Origin: Actinomycetes bacterium
GTDB taxonomy: Bacteria > Actinomycetota > Acidimicrobiia > Acidimicrobiales > SZUA-35
Reading direction: 5' to 3'
DNA length: 64,000 nucleotides
NCBI GenBank assembly: GCA_024280015.1
Contig: JAJRQY010000006.1
Location: 11-64,010 of the forward strand
Shown here piece by piece: positions 45,064-55,159 of the stretch (position 1 is the first letter of the stretch; the number at the start of each line of letters is the position of its first letter). The notes under the pieces are model-generated. The model searched no databases, had not been told where the DNA came from, and saw nothing but the letters and a program-made list of their open reading frames with translations. Made by a program: the position numbers and the translations under genes.

Positions 45064-48000
45064 ATGCCTGCACCGTCGGTTGTGCCCGACAATATGACTG
45101 AGCTTGTTCAACGCCACCTTGATGGTGTTGCCGACGAGAAAGCCCTCAATGACCTGCGAGAATCTCGATCTGCTTGGATCGAAGAGCTCTACCGACGGCT
45201 GGATGATGCTGATTGGGCGGCAGACAATGCCCGCAAGCGGCTGAAGGGCAACGAGCGCGCCCTGGTGGTTTCGGATTTCGAACGCGAGGCAACCCGAATT
45301 GATGAGGTTTTAACCGAACTCGTTGGTCCGGCGCCAGAAGCATCCTCAGACAGTCAACAGGCTGACAGTAGTGCGGATGGATCGAATGACCATTCGGGGG
45401 CTCCAGCTCGGGTCGGAACTGCTGATCCGCAGCTTCAACTTGGCTGGCTTCCTGGCAGAATCATTGCCTTTGTCGCTGGCCATGATGCGATCTCGGAGAC
45501 ATCGGATGAAGTGATCGACCGGCTCCTCGCCGCCGGAGCAGCGAGCGGCGTTTGGGAGCCCTTCCAGTCGGTTCGTCTGCCTAACGGAGAAAAGGCCGAA
45601 ACGGTGAGTGCACCGATTGACACCGTGCTCGGTTGGATTGTTTCACTGGCCAACAGCTCCGAAGATGAATCTACTGGCACCAGCGTGGCCTGGATGGGCC
45701 ATGCTGCGTCACTTGCGGTGAAGCTCGTCAGTCAGGGCCGAATGGTGCCCCAGCTCAAGAAGACCAGGCGGGCCCGCAGAGAAGGCGCCGGGCAGCAGGG
45801 CGAGAATCAGCAGGGGAGCAGCAACACCGACGGAACGAAGCAGGGCGTGGCCAGACAGGGCGACGGAGCATTCTTTGCCGTGCAATGGGCCCCGACCCTG
45901 ATCGATCTATCCGAACTCAACCAGCTGGCAACATCGTTGCCCCATTCGGTGACAGCGCTCGGCCATCGCCAAGATGGCCGACAGTCCACCCAGGCCATTG
46001 TCGCTGACCTGATCGATGCCATCTGTCGGTCGGCGGCAAGTCGGATGGATGTTCCGGCCGGCCCACCGGCTCCCAAGAACAAGAGTGAGATTGCCGAAGC
46101 GGTGCTCGCCAATCTTGGTGGAACTCCGTTCCCCGCCCCAAATCGTGTTGGCGCCGATGTGAGCCGGAGGCTGGAACAGTGGGCTCGACCGGTAACGGGC
46201 GCTCTGAAGTTCAGTCTCATCATCGAATTGAGCCCACCAGATGACATGAATGCCTGGTACCTTCGGGTTCTGTGGGCCAATAGTGATGGAGTACTCGAAC
46301 CGGTCGAGGCTGGTTTGGTCAACACGTCCAATACTCGCCGCAAAGAGATTCGGGACCAGCTGACGCGTCTTGAGCTGCTCTTTCCACCGCTGCTACGGCC
46401 CGGCGCCACCAGACGAGGAGAGGTCATCCTCAGTCAGGACGAGGCCTGGACCCTCATGACCACCACCGGTGATGTGCTGACAGCCGCTGGCTTTGAGGTC
46501 CGCGTCCCCAAGCTGTCGCGCAAGAAGCCTGCTCCTTCGCTCCGGATGACCTCGGATGAAACCGAGTCTGTTGTCGGAGCTCAGCAGCTGGCCAATGTTC
46601 GCTGGTCGGCCATGTTTGGCGATGTTGAACTAACCGCAGAGGAGATCAAGCGGCTCGCGAGCCAGGCCAGACCGCTTATCCAGTCCCATGGTCAATGGGT
46701 TGAGCTTGACCAGATCGACCTGGCTGCGGCTGCAGCTGCGCTAGAAGAACGTGATGACATCAATCGTCTGACCGGTGCGGAGATGCTTCGCCATGCACTC
46801 GGCCTCGAAGGAACACAACTGGCTGGGGGCATGTCAATCGCTGGCGGCGGCTGGGCTGATGACTTGCTCAAGAGCGCGGCAGCAATTCCATCGGACCTGC
46901 CAATCACCCCAGATGGGTTTCAAGGCGAGCTTCGTACCTATCAAGCCGATGCTCTGGCTTGGCTGGGATTCCTCGACGCCGCTGGTCTTGGCGGCTGCCT
47001 GGCCCTCGACATGGGACTCGGCAAGACTCCAACAATGTTGGCTCACGCCTTTCTCACCAAGGACCGGGGACCAACGCTGGTCATTGCTCCGCCCGCCGTC
47101 GTCGGCAACTGGGCAGCCGAGGCCAAGAGATTCGTCCCTGGCGCCCGTGTCCGGGTCCACCATGGCCCCAATCGTGCAACTGATGTTGGCATTCCCGCCA
47201 TGGTCGAACGGGCCGACATTGTTATCACTACCTACGGAACCGCGGTACGTGACATTGACGCCCTAGAAAAGGTCCAATGGAACAAGGTGGTTCTTGATGA
47301 GGCCCAGGCAATCAAGAATCCTGCCAGCGATACCGCACGGCAATTACGTCGCTTCAACGCTCATTCTCGAATTGCCTTGACCGGCACGCCAATTGAGAAT
47401 GGGCTCGGTGATCTTTGGGCCATCTTGGACTGGGCCAACCCTGGCCTGGTCGGCAGCCGGCCAGCATTTATCGCTCAGCTCTCGGTGTCTGCCAAAGACC
47501 GCTCCGATGCAGCCGAAGGTGCCTTGCGCGCATTGAACGGCATCCTCGTCTTCCGTCGCACGAAACTTGAGCCCGCCATTGCCGCTGAACTTCCTGATCG
47601 TATTGACGAGCTGGACCATTGCGCGATGACACCCGAACAGGTTGGTCTTTATCAGGCGGTGCTGGACAATCTGGTTGCCCAGACAACCGAGGGCGACGAC
47701 AGTCCCCGACAAAAGGGCGCGGTTCTCGCCGCCATCACCGCTCTGAAGCAGATCTGCAACCATCCAGTCAACTATCAAGACGATGACAAGGGCTTGGATG
47801 GTCGATCAGGAAAGTTGGCCCGTGTAAACGAGATCGTTGACACGGTCTTTGCTGCCAACGAAAAGGTCTTGATCTTCACCCACTTCGCTTCATGGGGTGA
47901 GAAATTGGCCAGGTACCTCTCTGATCGAACGAAAAAGCCGATCCGTTGTTATCACGGGGGGCTGTCCCGCTCGGCCCGTGATCGCTTGGTCGATTCTTTC

Positions 48001-48381
48001 CAGGAGAGCGAAGGAGCAGGCTGCATGGTGTTATCGCTCAAGGCAGGCGGAACTGGTCTGAACCTGACCGCAGCCAACCATGTTGTGCTCTATGACCGTT
48101 GGTGGAACCCAGCAGTCGAGGATCAAGCACGAGACCGCGTGTGGCGAATCGGCCAAGAAAAGACCGTGGTCTGTCACCGGCTGGTTTGCCCGGGAACCGT
48201 TGATGAGCGCGTTGAAGAGGTTGTCGCTGGCAAACGTCAAGTCGCGGACCTGGTCTTGCCAAAGTCCAGTTCCGTTGAGGACCTGGACGTAACCCAGATC
48301 CAAGTGGCGCTCGGCATCGATACTGACCTCATGATCACCGACGACGAATCGGACCTTCTCCTGGAGAGTGCAGCCCAATGA
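45064..48381 (+). CDS. SNF2-family helicase/translocase with ~600-aa uncharacterised N-terminal region
   Basis: LRTYQADALAWL, LALDMGLGKT, VLDEAQAIKN, LTGTPIENGL, GGTGLNLTAANHV and QARDRVWRIGQ motifs. Confidence 0.9.
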   Translation: MPAPSVVPDNMTELVQRHLDGVADEKALNDLRESRSAWIEELYRRLDDADWAADNARKRLKGNERALVVSDFEREATRIDEVLTELVGPAPEASSDSQQADSSADGSNDHSGAPARVGTADPQLQLGWLPGRIIAFVAGHDAISETSDEVIDRLLAAGAASGVWEPFQSVRLPNGEKAETVSAPIDTVLGWIVSLANSSEDESTGTSVAWMGHAASLAVKLVSQGRMVPQLKKTRRARREGAGQQGENQQGSSNTDGTKQGVARQGDGAFFAVQWAPTLIDLSELNQLATSLPHSVTALGHRQDGRQSTQAIVADLIDAICRSAASRMDVPAGPPAPKNKSEIAEAVLANLGGTPFPAPNRVGADVSRRLEQWARPVTGALKFSLIIELSPPDDMNAWYLRVLWANSDGVLEPVEAGLVNTSNTRRKEIRDQLTRLELLFPPLLRPGATRRGEVILSQDEAWTLMTTTGDVLTAAGFEVRVPKLSRKKPAPSLRMTSDETESVVGAQQLANVRWSAMFGDVELTAEEIKRLASQARPLIQSHGQWVELDQIDLAAAAAALEERDDINRLTGAEMLRHALGLEGTQLAGGMSIAGGGWADDLLKSAAAIPSDLPITPDGFQGELRTYQADALAWLGFLDAAGLGGCLALDMGLGKTPTMLAHAFLTKDRGPTLVIAPPAVVGNWAAEAKRFVPGARVRVHHGPNRATDVGIPAMVERADIVITTYGTAVRDIDALEKVQWNKVVLDEAQAIKNPASDTARQLRRFNAHSRIALTGTPIENGLGDLWAILDWANPGLVGSRPAFIAQLSVSAKDRSDAAEGALRALNGILVFRRTKLEPAIAAELPDRIDELDHCAMTPEQVGLYQAVLDNLVAQTTEGDDSPRQKGAVLAAITALKQICNHPVNYQDDDKGLDGRSGKLARVNEIVDTVFAANEKVLIFTHFASWGEKLARYLSDRTKKPIRCYHGGLSRSARDRLVDSFQESEGAGCMVLSLKAGGTGLNLTAANHVVLYDRWWNPAVEDQARDRVWRIGQEKTVVCHRLVCPGTVDERVEEVVAGKRQVADLVLPKSSSVEDLDVTQIQVALGIDTDLMITDDESDLLLESAAQ

Positions 48382-48704
48382 GCAATGTGCGAAGTAACTC
48401 CGGCAAAGGTGGCAATAAGAAGGGTGGCAACAATCGGGACCAGAAGCGATCGGGGAAGAGGCGCCGCAAGAACAACGCCAAAACATCCCGTGACTTCTGG
48501 GGCGATCCATCCAAGTTGCCAGCCGAGTCCGAGCGTGTGCGAATCACAACATCTCCGGCGGCCGTTGTTCAGTCTCTTGGTCCGCCGCCCCTTACCGGCC
48601 AGGAGCAGGCAGCAGGCCACTACTTCGAAGCGGTCTATGAACGAGCGGTAATGATGGCGGGAGCTCTAGCAGCCGCCAGCGGGCTGGTCCAAGAAGACGA
48701 GTAG
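48378..48704 (+). CDS. small basic hypothetical protein, translationally coupled to the SNF2 gene
   Basis: ATGA start/stop overlap with the SNF2 gene. Lys/Arg/Gly-rich N-terminus (GKGGNKKGGNNRDQKRSGKRRRKNN). No recognisable domain. Confidence 0.5.
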   Translation: MSNVRSNSGKGGNKKGGNNRDQKRSGKRRRKNNAKTSRDFWGDPSKLPAESERVRITTSPAAVVQSLGPPPLTGQEQAAGHYFEAVYERAVMMAGALAAASGLVQEDE

Positions 48705-48734
48705 GGCGAATGAGGGCTGCAGATTGGCCCGCTG

Positions 48735-49703
48735 CTAGCCGCGGCTTCGACGCCGGGACGTGCGCTTTTTGGCAACGAAACGTGTCGCCGCAACCTCGAC
48801 GTCCACCTCTGGCGGATCCAATGTTCCGTCCAGTACGTCTCGCATCATGGCAATGTGGGCGGGTGAACTTCCACAGCAGGCCCCAACAATTGCCACGCCT
48901 GCGGCACGGACTCGATGTGCTTGGGCAGCCATGATTTCTGGAGATCCGCTGTAGTGCAGATCGGCTCCACGCCACTCGGGCATTCCTGCGTTGGCCTTGG
49001 AGATCAGGATCAGATCGGGATTGGTGTCTTGCATCTCCTGGAGAGCGGCCTCGGTATCGGCGAGGTTGTTGCCACAGTTGGCGCCAACGGCCACCACGTC
49101 GAGTTCTTGGGCAAGTTGGCCAAGTTCGGTTCCGGTTACACCCATCATTGACCGTCCGGCGGTGTCAAAACTCATGGTCATGCAGATGGGAAGACTGGTC
49201 GTCTGCCTCACTCCGGCAACAGCGGCTCGAAGCTCATCCAACGAGCTCATTGTTTCTATCCATGCCAGATCAACCCCACCAGCCTCAAGTCCCTCGGCTT
49301 GTGCCGCGAAGGCCGCTTGGCATGTTTCCATTGTCATGGAACCCATCGGGTCAAGCAGCTCACCGGTTGGGCCAAGTGAGCCTGCGACCAGCACCTTTCG
49401 ATCTGCTCCATCGGCAACCCGTCTGGCAATCTGGGCTGCGGCCTGATTGATCTCGAAGACCTGGTCCTCCATCTTGTGAAGGGCCAAACGAAATGACGTG
49501 CCCCCAAAGGTGTTGGTCAAGAAGATGTCCGAGCCAGAATCGACATACGCCTGATGGACCGAGGCGACTCGATCCTGCTCCTCGAGGTTCCAACGCTCAG
49601 GCGAGTCACCTGATTCGAGGCCTCGGTCAAAGAGCTCGGTTCCCATCGCTCCGTCAACCAACAAATACCCGCGCTCGGCTAACAGATCATGCAAAATCGA
49701 CAT
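48735..49703 (-). CDS. homocysteine S-methyltransferase family protein
   Basis: DGAMGTEL, GANCG and GCCGSSPAHI zinc-ligand Cys motifs. Confidence 0.85.
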   Translation of the reverse strand: MSILHDLLAERGYLLVDGAMGTELFDRGLESGDSPERWNLEEQDRVASVHQAYVDSGSDIFLTNTFGGTSFRLALHKMEDQVFEINQAAAQIARRVADGADRKVLVAGSLGPTGELLDPMGSMTMETCQAAFAAQAEGLEAGGVDLAWIETMSSLDELRAAVAGVRQTTSLPICMTMSFDTAGRSMMGVTGTELGQLAQELDVVAVGANCGNNLADTEAALQEMQDTNPDLILISKANAGMPEWRGADLHYSGSPEIMAAQAHRVRAAGVAIVGACCGSSPAHIAMMRDVLDGTLDPPEVDVEVAATRFVAKKRTSRRRSRG

Positions 49704-49752
49704 ACCGAAAGCCTAGCGGCTCGGTTATTGCCTGGCCGTCATAGCCGCCTGG

Positions 49753-51252
49753 TCAGATCTTGTGTCGAAGGGAACGGAAGCGAGCCCGCGTTGGCCGCAG
49801 GCCAGGCAGCGCCACCAGGGCTAGCAGCAGGGGGTAGATTTCAAGTCGACCTAACAACATGGCAACGACACTGACCCATCGAGCGGGCCGGGGCAGATTC
49901 AGGAAGTCCTGGGTCGGGCCGACATCTCCCAGCCCCGGACCGACATTGCCAAAGGTTGTTGCCGCCGCGGACAGGGAAGTGATCATGTCCGCACCGGTCA
50001 TGGAAATGATGAGGGCCGAGCCACCAAAGACAGCGAGGGCTAAGACTAAAAAGCCCAGAACCCGATTGGTTACGGTCTCGTCCAAAACCACCTTGCCAAC
50101 TCGCACGGGTCTGACCAGTCGGGGATGCAGCTGCCGCAGCGTTTCCCGGTGGGCGTAGCTGGCTACGGCCAGGACACGAACGAGCTTGACGCCTCCCGCG
50201 GTCGAGCCTGCCATTGCCCCGACCGGCATCAGGAGGAGGAGAACGGCTTGGGCCCCTTCGCTCCAGGAGCCAAAGTCCGCAGTGCCAAACCCGGTGGTTG
50301 AAACAACTGAGGTCACGGTGAAGACAGCATTTCGAACCTTGTCGGCGACTGGCCCATCCATGTCCGAGGTGAGGTAGACCATGAGGGAGCTCAAGCCGAC
50401 GACCAGGACATACAGACGTAGCTCGATGGAGGCCCACAAGGGCCCAACCTTGCCTTGCAGGACACGTAGCCAGAGGGTGAAACTGCCACCGGCAAGAAAC
50501 ATGGCCACAATGGCGATCCACTCAATCATCCCAGATTCAAAGTGACCAAGCGATCGGTTGTAGGGGGAGAACCCACCGGTTGAAACGGTGGTGAAACTGT
50601 GGGCCACTCCGTCATAGAGATCCATGCCCGCCACCATGTAGGCGCCGACTAAGACGATGGTGAAGCCAAGATAGACGCCCCACAGGCGTCGGGCGGTGTG
50701 GCGAACGCGAGGGGTGAGACGTTCACCGGTCGGCCCGGGAGCTTCTGCCTGCAACAGATCCATGCCACCGGAGCCGACCGCAGGCAGTACCGCGACGACC
50801 AAGACGATGACGCCCATGCCTCCAATCCATTGGGTAATAGCCCGCCACATCAAGATTCCCGCAGAGTTGCCTTCAATTGGACGTAGGACGGTGGCGCCAG
50901 TAGTGGTGAATCCGGAAACAGACTCAAAGATTGCGTTGTCCATTGTCGACAGGGTGCCAGTAACCAGGTAGGGCAGAGCTCCGGCAACGGCTAGGGCTAC
51001 CCAAGCAAAGGTAACGGTTACGAACACATCCAGGAGCTCAATACGCTCGGGCACGCGGGTAAGCCGGATCAACAAGAAACCAATGGTGCCAACGATGGCT
51101 CCGCAGACCAGAAGTGGTCCAACATCTGGCCCCGATTTCAGGAGATCCACCAATCCTGAAGCAACGATTCCAAGACCAGATATGCCCAACGTGAGGCCAA
51201 TGACATGGCCAACGAGGCTTGGGTGTTCTGGTCGATCGACTGGGGTGCTCAC
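49753..51252 (-). CDS. trkH: TrkH-family K+ uptake protein
   Basis: 499-aa polytopic protein with repeated selectivity-filter-like TT(T)G(F/A) segments (SGFTTTGAT, VSTGGFS, VSTTGFG). GTGA overlap with trkA. Confidence 0.9.
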   Translation of the reverse strand: MSTPVDRPEHPSLVGHVIGLTLGISGLGIVASGLVDLLKSGPDVGPLLVCGAIVGTIGFLLIRLTRVPERIELLDVFVTVTFAWVALAVAGALPYLVTGTLSTMDNAIFESVSGFTTTGATVLRPIEGNSAGILMWRAITQWIGGMGVIVLVVAVLPAVGSGGMDLLQAEAPGPTGERLTPRVRHTARRLWGVYLGFTIVLVGAYMVAGMDLYDGVAHSFTTVSTGGFSPYNRSLGHFESGMIEWIAIVAMFLAGGSFTLWLRVLQGKVGPLWASIELRLYVLVVGLSSLMVYLTSDMDGPVADKVRNAVFTVTSVVSTTGFGTADFGSWSEGAQAVLLLLMPVGAMAGSTAGGVKLVRVLAVASYAHRETLRQLHPRLVRPVRVGKVVLDETVTNRVLGFLVLALAVFGGSALIISMTGADMITSLSAAATTFGNVGPGLGDVGPTQDFLNLPRPARWVSVVAMLLGRLEIYPLLLALVALPGLRPTRARFRSLRHKI

Positions 51253-52598
51253 TTGACGAAGAAGCAGACAGCATCATCCAGCGCGTCAGGCCGCGCGAAG
51301 ACCACAACATGATCCTTTGCTTGTAGGACCGTGTTCCCTCGAACGATTTGGGCCGGCTCACCTTCTCGGATGACGGCACCAAGCAGGACACTGTGAGGTA
51401 GGTGGAGGTCACAGACCGCCGCACCATCGGCACGACTGCCCGCTTCGATCACGAACTCATCGACCTCCGCATCGCTTTCCAAGAAGGTCGTTACCGCCGA
51501 AGCCCCTCCTCGTAGCTGGCGTAGAACGGAGTTGGCCGAGGCCGTACGAGGACTCAGCGCTGCATTGATTCCAAATTGTCTAACGAGGGGCAGCAGTGAC
51601 AAGCGGTGCAGAACAGCAACGGTGAACGTTGCTCCCGCGGCAGCGGCAAAGGCGCAGGACAAGACGTTGGCAGCATCCTCGCCAGTGGTGGCGATGACAG
51701 CATCCATGCTGCCAGCACCTTCCTCAGATAAGAGGTCGGTATCGGTCACGTCGCCGACGACGACCAGGGTGCGTTGCAACAGTTCTGATAGCTCTCGAGC
51801 TCGTACAACATCTCGTTCGACTAAGACAACATCAACTCCTTCGGTCTCGAGCCGCTGGGCAACACGGGTGCCAATGGCACCTCCGCCAAGGACCATGACT
51901 CGCTTGGCGTTTTGTCCTGGCAATCCAAGGAGGTGAAGGATCTCTTGGCGAGCCGACTTGGTGACAAGCACACGAACATGGTCGCCAACACAAAGCTGCT
52001 GGTTGCCTCGTGGAATGGTGGTCTTGTTGCCACGGGTGACTGCGCCAAAGAGGAACTCCCAACGAGGCTCGTACATCTTGGCTACCTCGGACAAGTGCAT
52101 GCCCGCTACCGGCGCGCCGTCGGCAATTTCAGCTCCGATGACGACAAGCTCGCCATTGGCCATTGGGTAGACCTCGTCGGCTCCGGTCAGATGAACAAGC
52201 TCGAGAATCTCGTCCGCTGTGTCGGCATCGGGGTCGATAACAACGTCGGCGCCGAGGCTGGCGACTAGCTCAGCTGCTGCGTCGGTACGCAGCTCTTCGG
52301 ATTGGAGTCTCACGACTGTCTTGGCAACACCGTGCTGTTTGGCAATGAGGGATGAGATCATGTTGACCTCATCACGCTCGGTAACCGCAGCCAACAAGTC
52401 CGTTCGGGCGATGCCCGCTTGCTTGAGAACCCCGGGACTTGAGCCGCTTCCTTGAACCACCTGCACATCCAATTGTTCGGCTATTGCGGACGCCCGAACA
52501 GGGTCAGTCTCGACCATGACAATGTCGTGTTGCTCGGCTCCCAGGCGCTGTGCGAGGAACCATCCAATCTCACCGGCCCCAATGATGACGACGTGCAT
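51249..52598 (-). CDS. trkA: Trk system K+ uptake protein TrkA (tandem RCK N/C domains)
   Basis: Two Rossmann motifs (MHVVIIGAGEIG and VMVLGGGAIG). I prefer the start at ATG 52598 over the 52658 extension. Confidence 0.9.
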   Translation of the reverse strand: MHVVIIGAGEIGWFLAQRLGAEQHDIVMVETDPVRASAIAEQLDVQVVQGSGSSPGVLKQAGIARTDLLAAVTERDEVNMISSLIAKQHGVAKTVVRLQSEELRTDAAAELVASLGADVVIDPDADTADEILELVHLTGADEVYPMANGELVVIGAEIADGAPVAGMHLSEVAKMYEPRWEFLFGAVTRGNKTTIPRGNQQLCVGDHVRVLVTKSARQEILHLLGLPGQNAKRVMVLGGGAIGTRVAQRLETEGVDVVLVERDVVRARELSELLQRTLVVVGDVTDTDLLSEEGAGSMDAVIATTGEDAANVLSCAFAAAAGATFTVAVLHRLSLLPLVRQFGINAALSPRTASANSVLRQLRGGASAVTTFLESDAEVDEFVIEAGSRADGAAVCDLHLPHSVLLGAVIREGEPAQIVRGNTVLQAKDHVVVFARPDALDDAVCFFVK

Positions 52599-52609
52599 TG
52601 GCTGCCTTC

Positions 52610-52993
52610 TTAGATGAGCCCGGACAAGTCTCGGACCAGAAGATAGACCAAGAAGCAAAACATCAAGCCACCGAGCACCGTGTAGGTCCAGCGCTGAGGG
52701 TGACGCGATCCCCAGAATCGTCTCATGCTGAACGAGATGGAGATGATGGCGATCAGGCTGACGATGACCCCAACGATTGAGCTGAAGTCGGCGAAGAATC
52801 CGATAGTCGGTGCAATAAAGGGGAAGAAGACGTACGTCAACGTACAGCGGATTGATGAGATGAGAATCGACTTTTGGAAAGCCGACTGGGCATCGGCTGA
52901 CGTCCCTTCACGTTCAAGCGGCAGGCGCAGGAGTCGGAGCATGAACCGATCGGCTGAGGACAAATTCTCCGGAGGCTTTGTTGTGACTACCAT
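52610..52993 (-). CDS. hypothetical small membrane protein upstream of trkA
   Basis: 127-aa ORF with about 3 predicted TM helices, ending 11 nt before trkA. No recognisable family. Confidence 0.45.
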   Translation of the reverse strand: MVVTTKPPENLSSADRFMLRLLRLPLEREGTSADAQSAFQKSILISSIRCTLTYVFFPFIAPTIGFFADFSSIVGVIVSLIAIISISFSMRRFWGSRHPQRWTYTVLGGLMFCFLVYLLVRDLSGLI

Positions 52994-53076
52994 CGGTACA
53001 AGACGCTAGCGCCAAAGCATGCCACCATGTTGTTCTCAGCGGGAACAATTCGGGTGAGGTAAGGGGTTTAGGAATC

Positions 53077-53304
53077 ATGACATCGAACCGGACAACAAAG
53101 AACTCCTCGTCATCGCGCACAAGATCCGGCGGTGGTCAGACGAAGGGGCCCTTGCTCAGTCCGACCATGCAGTGGCTCGCCTTGGCCGGGGCAGCAGTCC
53201 TCGTAGTGGTGGCAGTGTTCGTCTTTGGTATTGGCCGGGGTTCGCGCACCCCTACTGGGGGAGTCGGCGGACACGGACTTAGTGCAGAGATTCAGGTCGC
53301 TTAG
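53077..53304 (+). CDS. hypothetical small single-pass membrane protein
   Basis: 75-aa ORF with a basic N-terminus and one hydrophobic helix (WLALAGAAVLVVVAVFVFGI). Followed by the palindrome ACCCCGGTCGGGGT. Weak support. Confidence 0.3.
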   Translation: MTSNRTTKNSSSSRTRSGGGQTKGPLLSPTMQWLALAGAAVLVVVAVFVFGIGRGSRTPTGGVGGHGLSAEIQVA

Positions 53305-53387
53305 GCACCCCGGTCGGGGTAGAGGAGGACCAGTCCATATGGCCTATACCGCTAAGGACTGGGTATGAGTGTGCCGATGGGCAGCGA

Positions 53388-54011
53388 ATGACTGTGCGAA
53401 CAACAAAGGCTGCTCGGGTAAATCCTCATCCTGCCCGCAAAGCCCGTCAGTTGGCGGGACTAACGAGTGGCATCGTCTACGCCGGTGCGACCATCGGTAT
53501 TGGAGCGGCGGCAGCTGGCGGGTCGGACGGTTCGGATACCACGGTTCAGGACGGTGACGCTGTCGCTGGCCAACAGGAAAACCAGGTGGCACCCGATGGT
53601 TTGGGCTTCCATCTTGATGGGGGAGCTATAGCTCCCACCGCTAACACACCGACGACCGTAGTTAGCCAGCCTCTCGTGCTCACCGCCCCCACTGTCCCGG
53701 ATGATTCGGCCGCAACAACTGATACTGAAGTTGCGTCGTCAGAGGCAGACAATGGATCGACCGCTCCAACCACTGCGGTTGCCACCACGAGCGGCGGTTC
53801 GAATCCTGCGCCGACGACGACCTCTTCGATCCTGAGCACTACATCCACCAGCGATGCTGCCCAGCCAACAACGACTGGGGTGACGACGGGGCCTCCAACT
53901 ACTCAGTCCACCTCAACTCAGCCCACCACCACTCAGGCGACGACGACCCAACCTCCGACAACCCAACCTCCGACAACGCAACCTCCAACTACTGAGAGCG
54001 GGGCCAGCTAG
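53388..54011 (+). CDS. membrane-anchored Thr/Pro-rich low-complexity protein ending in ...TTESGAS
   Basis: Basic N-terminus plus one TM helix (LTSGIVYAGATIGIGAAAAGG), then about 150 aa of T/P/S-rich sequence with (TTQPP)3 encoded by 15-nt repeats at 53946-53990. The stop lies 2 nt before apbE. Confidence 0.55.
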   Translation: MTVRTTKAARVNPHPARKARQLAGLTSGIVYAGATIGIGAAAAGGSDGSDTTVQDGDAVAGQQENQVAPDGLGFHLDGGAIAPTANTPTTVVSQPLVLTAPTVPDDSAATTDTEVASSEADNGSTAPTTAVATTSGGSNPAPTTTSSILSTTSTSDAAQPTTTGVTTGPPTTQSTSTQPTTTQATTTQPPTTQPPTTQPPTTESGAS

Positions 54012-54013
54012 TA

Positions 54014-55159
54014 GTGGCTGCCGCCAATGCATCATTGTTTGTTCACGCCGACCGGTCAGTCACTGGACTTAGGGCGGTCTATGGGCAGTCGCGCTTCGAC
54101 GCAATGGGGACCTCGGTTCACCTGATTGTCGGCGAAGCCGTGCATGTAGGCGATGGTGATAGCGATGGGGGCGGCGACGGGTCAGCGGCCATGTCTGGGA
54201 GTGGGGCGGTCGTTGGTGAGTATCTGGAATACGCCAGACAACGAATTGACGGGCTCGAAGCGCGTTTGAGCCGCTTCTTGCCCGATTCCGAACTCTGCCA
54301 ACTCAATCGGCTTGCCGGCTTTCCGACAGTGGTATCAACCGAACTTTTCGCCTTTGTTGCTGCTGCTTGGAGCGCAAAGCAGCTAACCGGAGGCAGTTTC
54401 GACCCCACACTGGGAGCCCCGCTTCGCCACCTTGGCTATGACCGAACGTTCGATGAGGTTGCTGCCTCTTCACAGACACTACTGACAGCCGGTGCAGATG
54501 ATCTGGGATACGCAGATGATCTGGGATACGCAGATCGCTGGGGATATGCAGACCAATCGATGCCTGCCAGCAAGAACCGCTTTGACGTCGACCCACAGTG
54601 TCGAACCGTCACGTGCTCGCCCGATGTCCAGCTGGATCTTGGTGGAATCGCCAAGGGAATGACGGCCGACATTATTGCTGAGGAACTGGTGCAGAGGGGA
54701 GCCGTTGGCGCATGCGTCAATATCGGGGGTGACGTCCGGGTTCACGGCCTGGGCCCCAAAGGCGACGGAGGATGGACCATCAATCTGATGCTCCCGGGAG
54801 CCAACAGCGAGCGAACAATAAGCCTTGCGGCCGGTGGCGTGTGCACCTCGGCGATTACCGAACGGCGATGGGTCTCCGAACAAGGTCTGGCACACCATAT
54901 TGTCGATCCTGATACCGGCCGGTCTGTCCGAACCGACCTTCGCTCAAGCAGTGTTGTTAGCCGAAGCGCTGCCGCAGCAGAGGTCCTGGCCACCGCGGCT
55001 CTAGTTGATGGGCAGTCCTTGGCCATCGAGCGGATCCAATCCAAAGGGGCAACAGGAATACTCATAACTGGGTCCGGGGAAGTTATTGAGCTTCAGGGTT
55101 TCGACAACTTTGACCCTGGGTCCGACACTGGATCCGATCTTGGTGACTCACCGTGCTGA
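54014..55159 (+). CDS. apbE: FAD:protein FMN transferase (ApbE family)
   Basis: FDAMGTSVHLIV N-terminal motif, LGGIAKGMTADII, and a late DPDTGRS motif. GTG start. No signal peptide or lipobox is visible. Confidence 0.85.
   Translation: MAAANASLFVHADRSVTGLRAVYGQSRFDAMGTSVHLIVGEAVHVGDGDSDGGGDGSAAMSGSGAVVGEYLEYARQRIDGLEARLSRFLPDSELCQLNRLAGFPTVVSTELFAFVAAAWSAKQLTGGSFDPTLGAPLRHLGYDRTFDEVAASSQTLLTAGADDLGYADDLGYADRWGYADQSMPASKNRFDVDPQCRTVTCSPDVQLDLGGIAKGMTADIIAEELVQRGAVGACVNIGGDVRVHGLGPKGDGGWTINLMLPGANSERTISLAAGGVCTSAITERRWVSEQGLAHHIVDPDTGRSVRTDLRSSSVVSRSAAAAEVLATAALVDGQSLAIERIQSKGATGILITGSGEVIELQGFDNFDPGSDTGSDLGDSPC
54494..54547. repeat. 18-nt tandem repeat x3 (GCAGATGATCTGGGATAC) encoding ADDLGY-ADDLGY-ADRWGY inside apbE
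   Basis: 54494-54511 and 54512-54529 are identical. 54530-54547 is diverged. Confidence 0.9.

Noticed and set aside
45064-48381. SNF2 helicase (and HrpA at 32583-36356) as part of a phage-defence system such as DISARM.
   Set aside because: None of the required partner genes (DUF1998, PLD nuclease, methyltransferase, etc.) is adjacent. The neighbours are housekeeping or metabolic genes.
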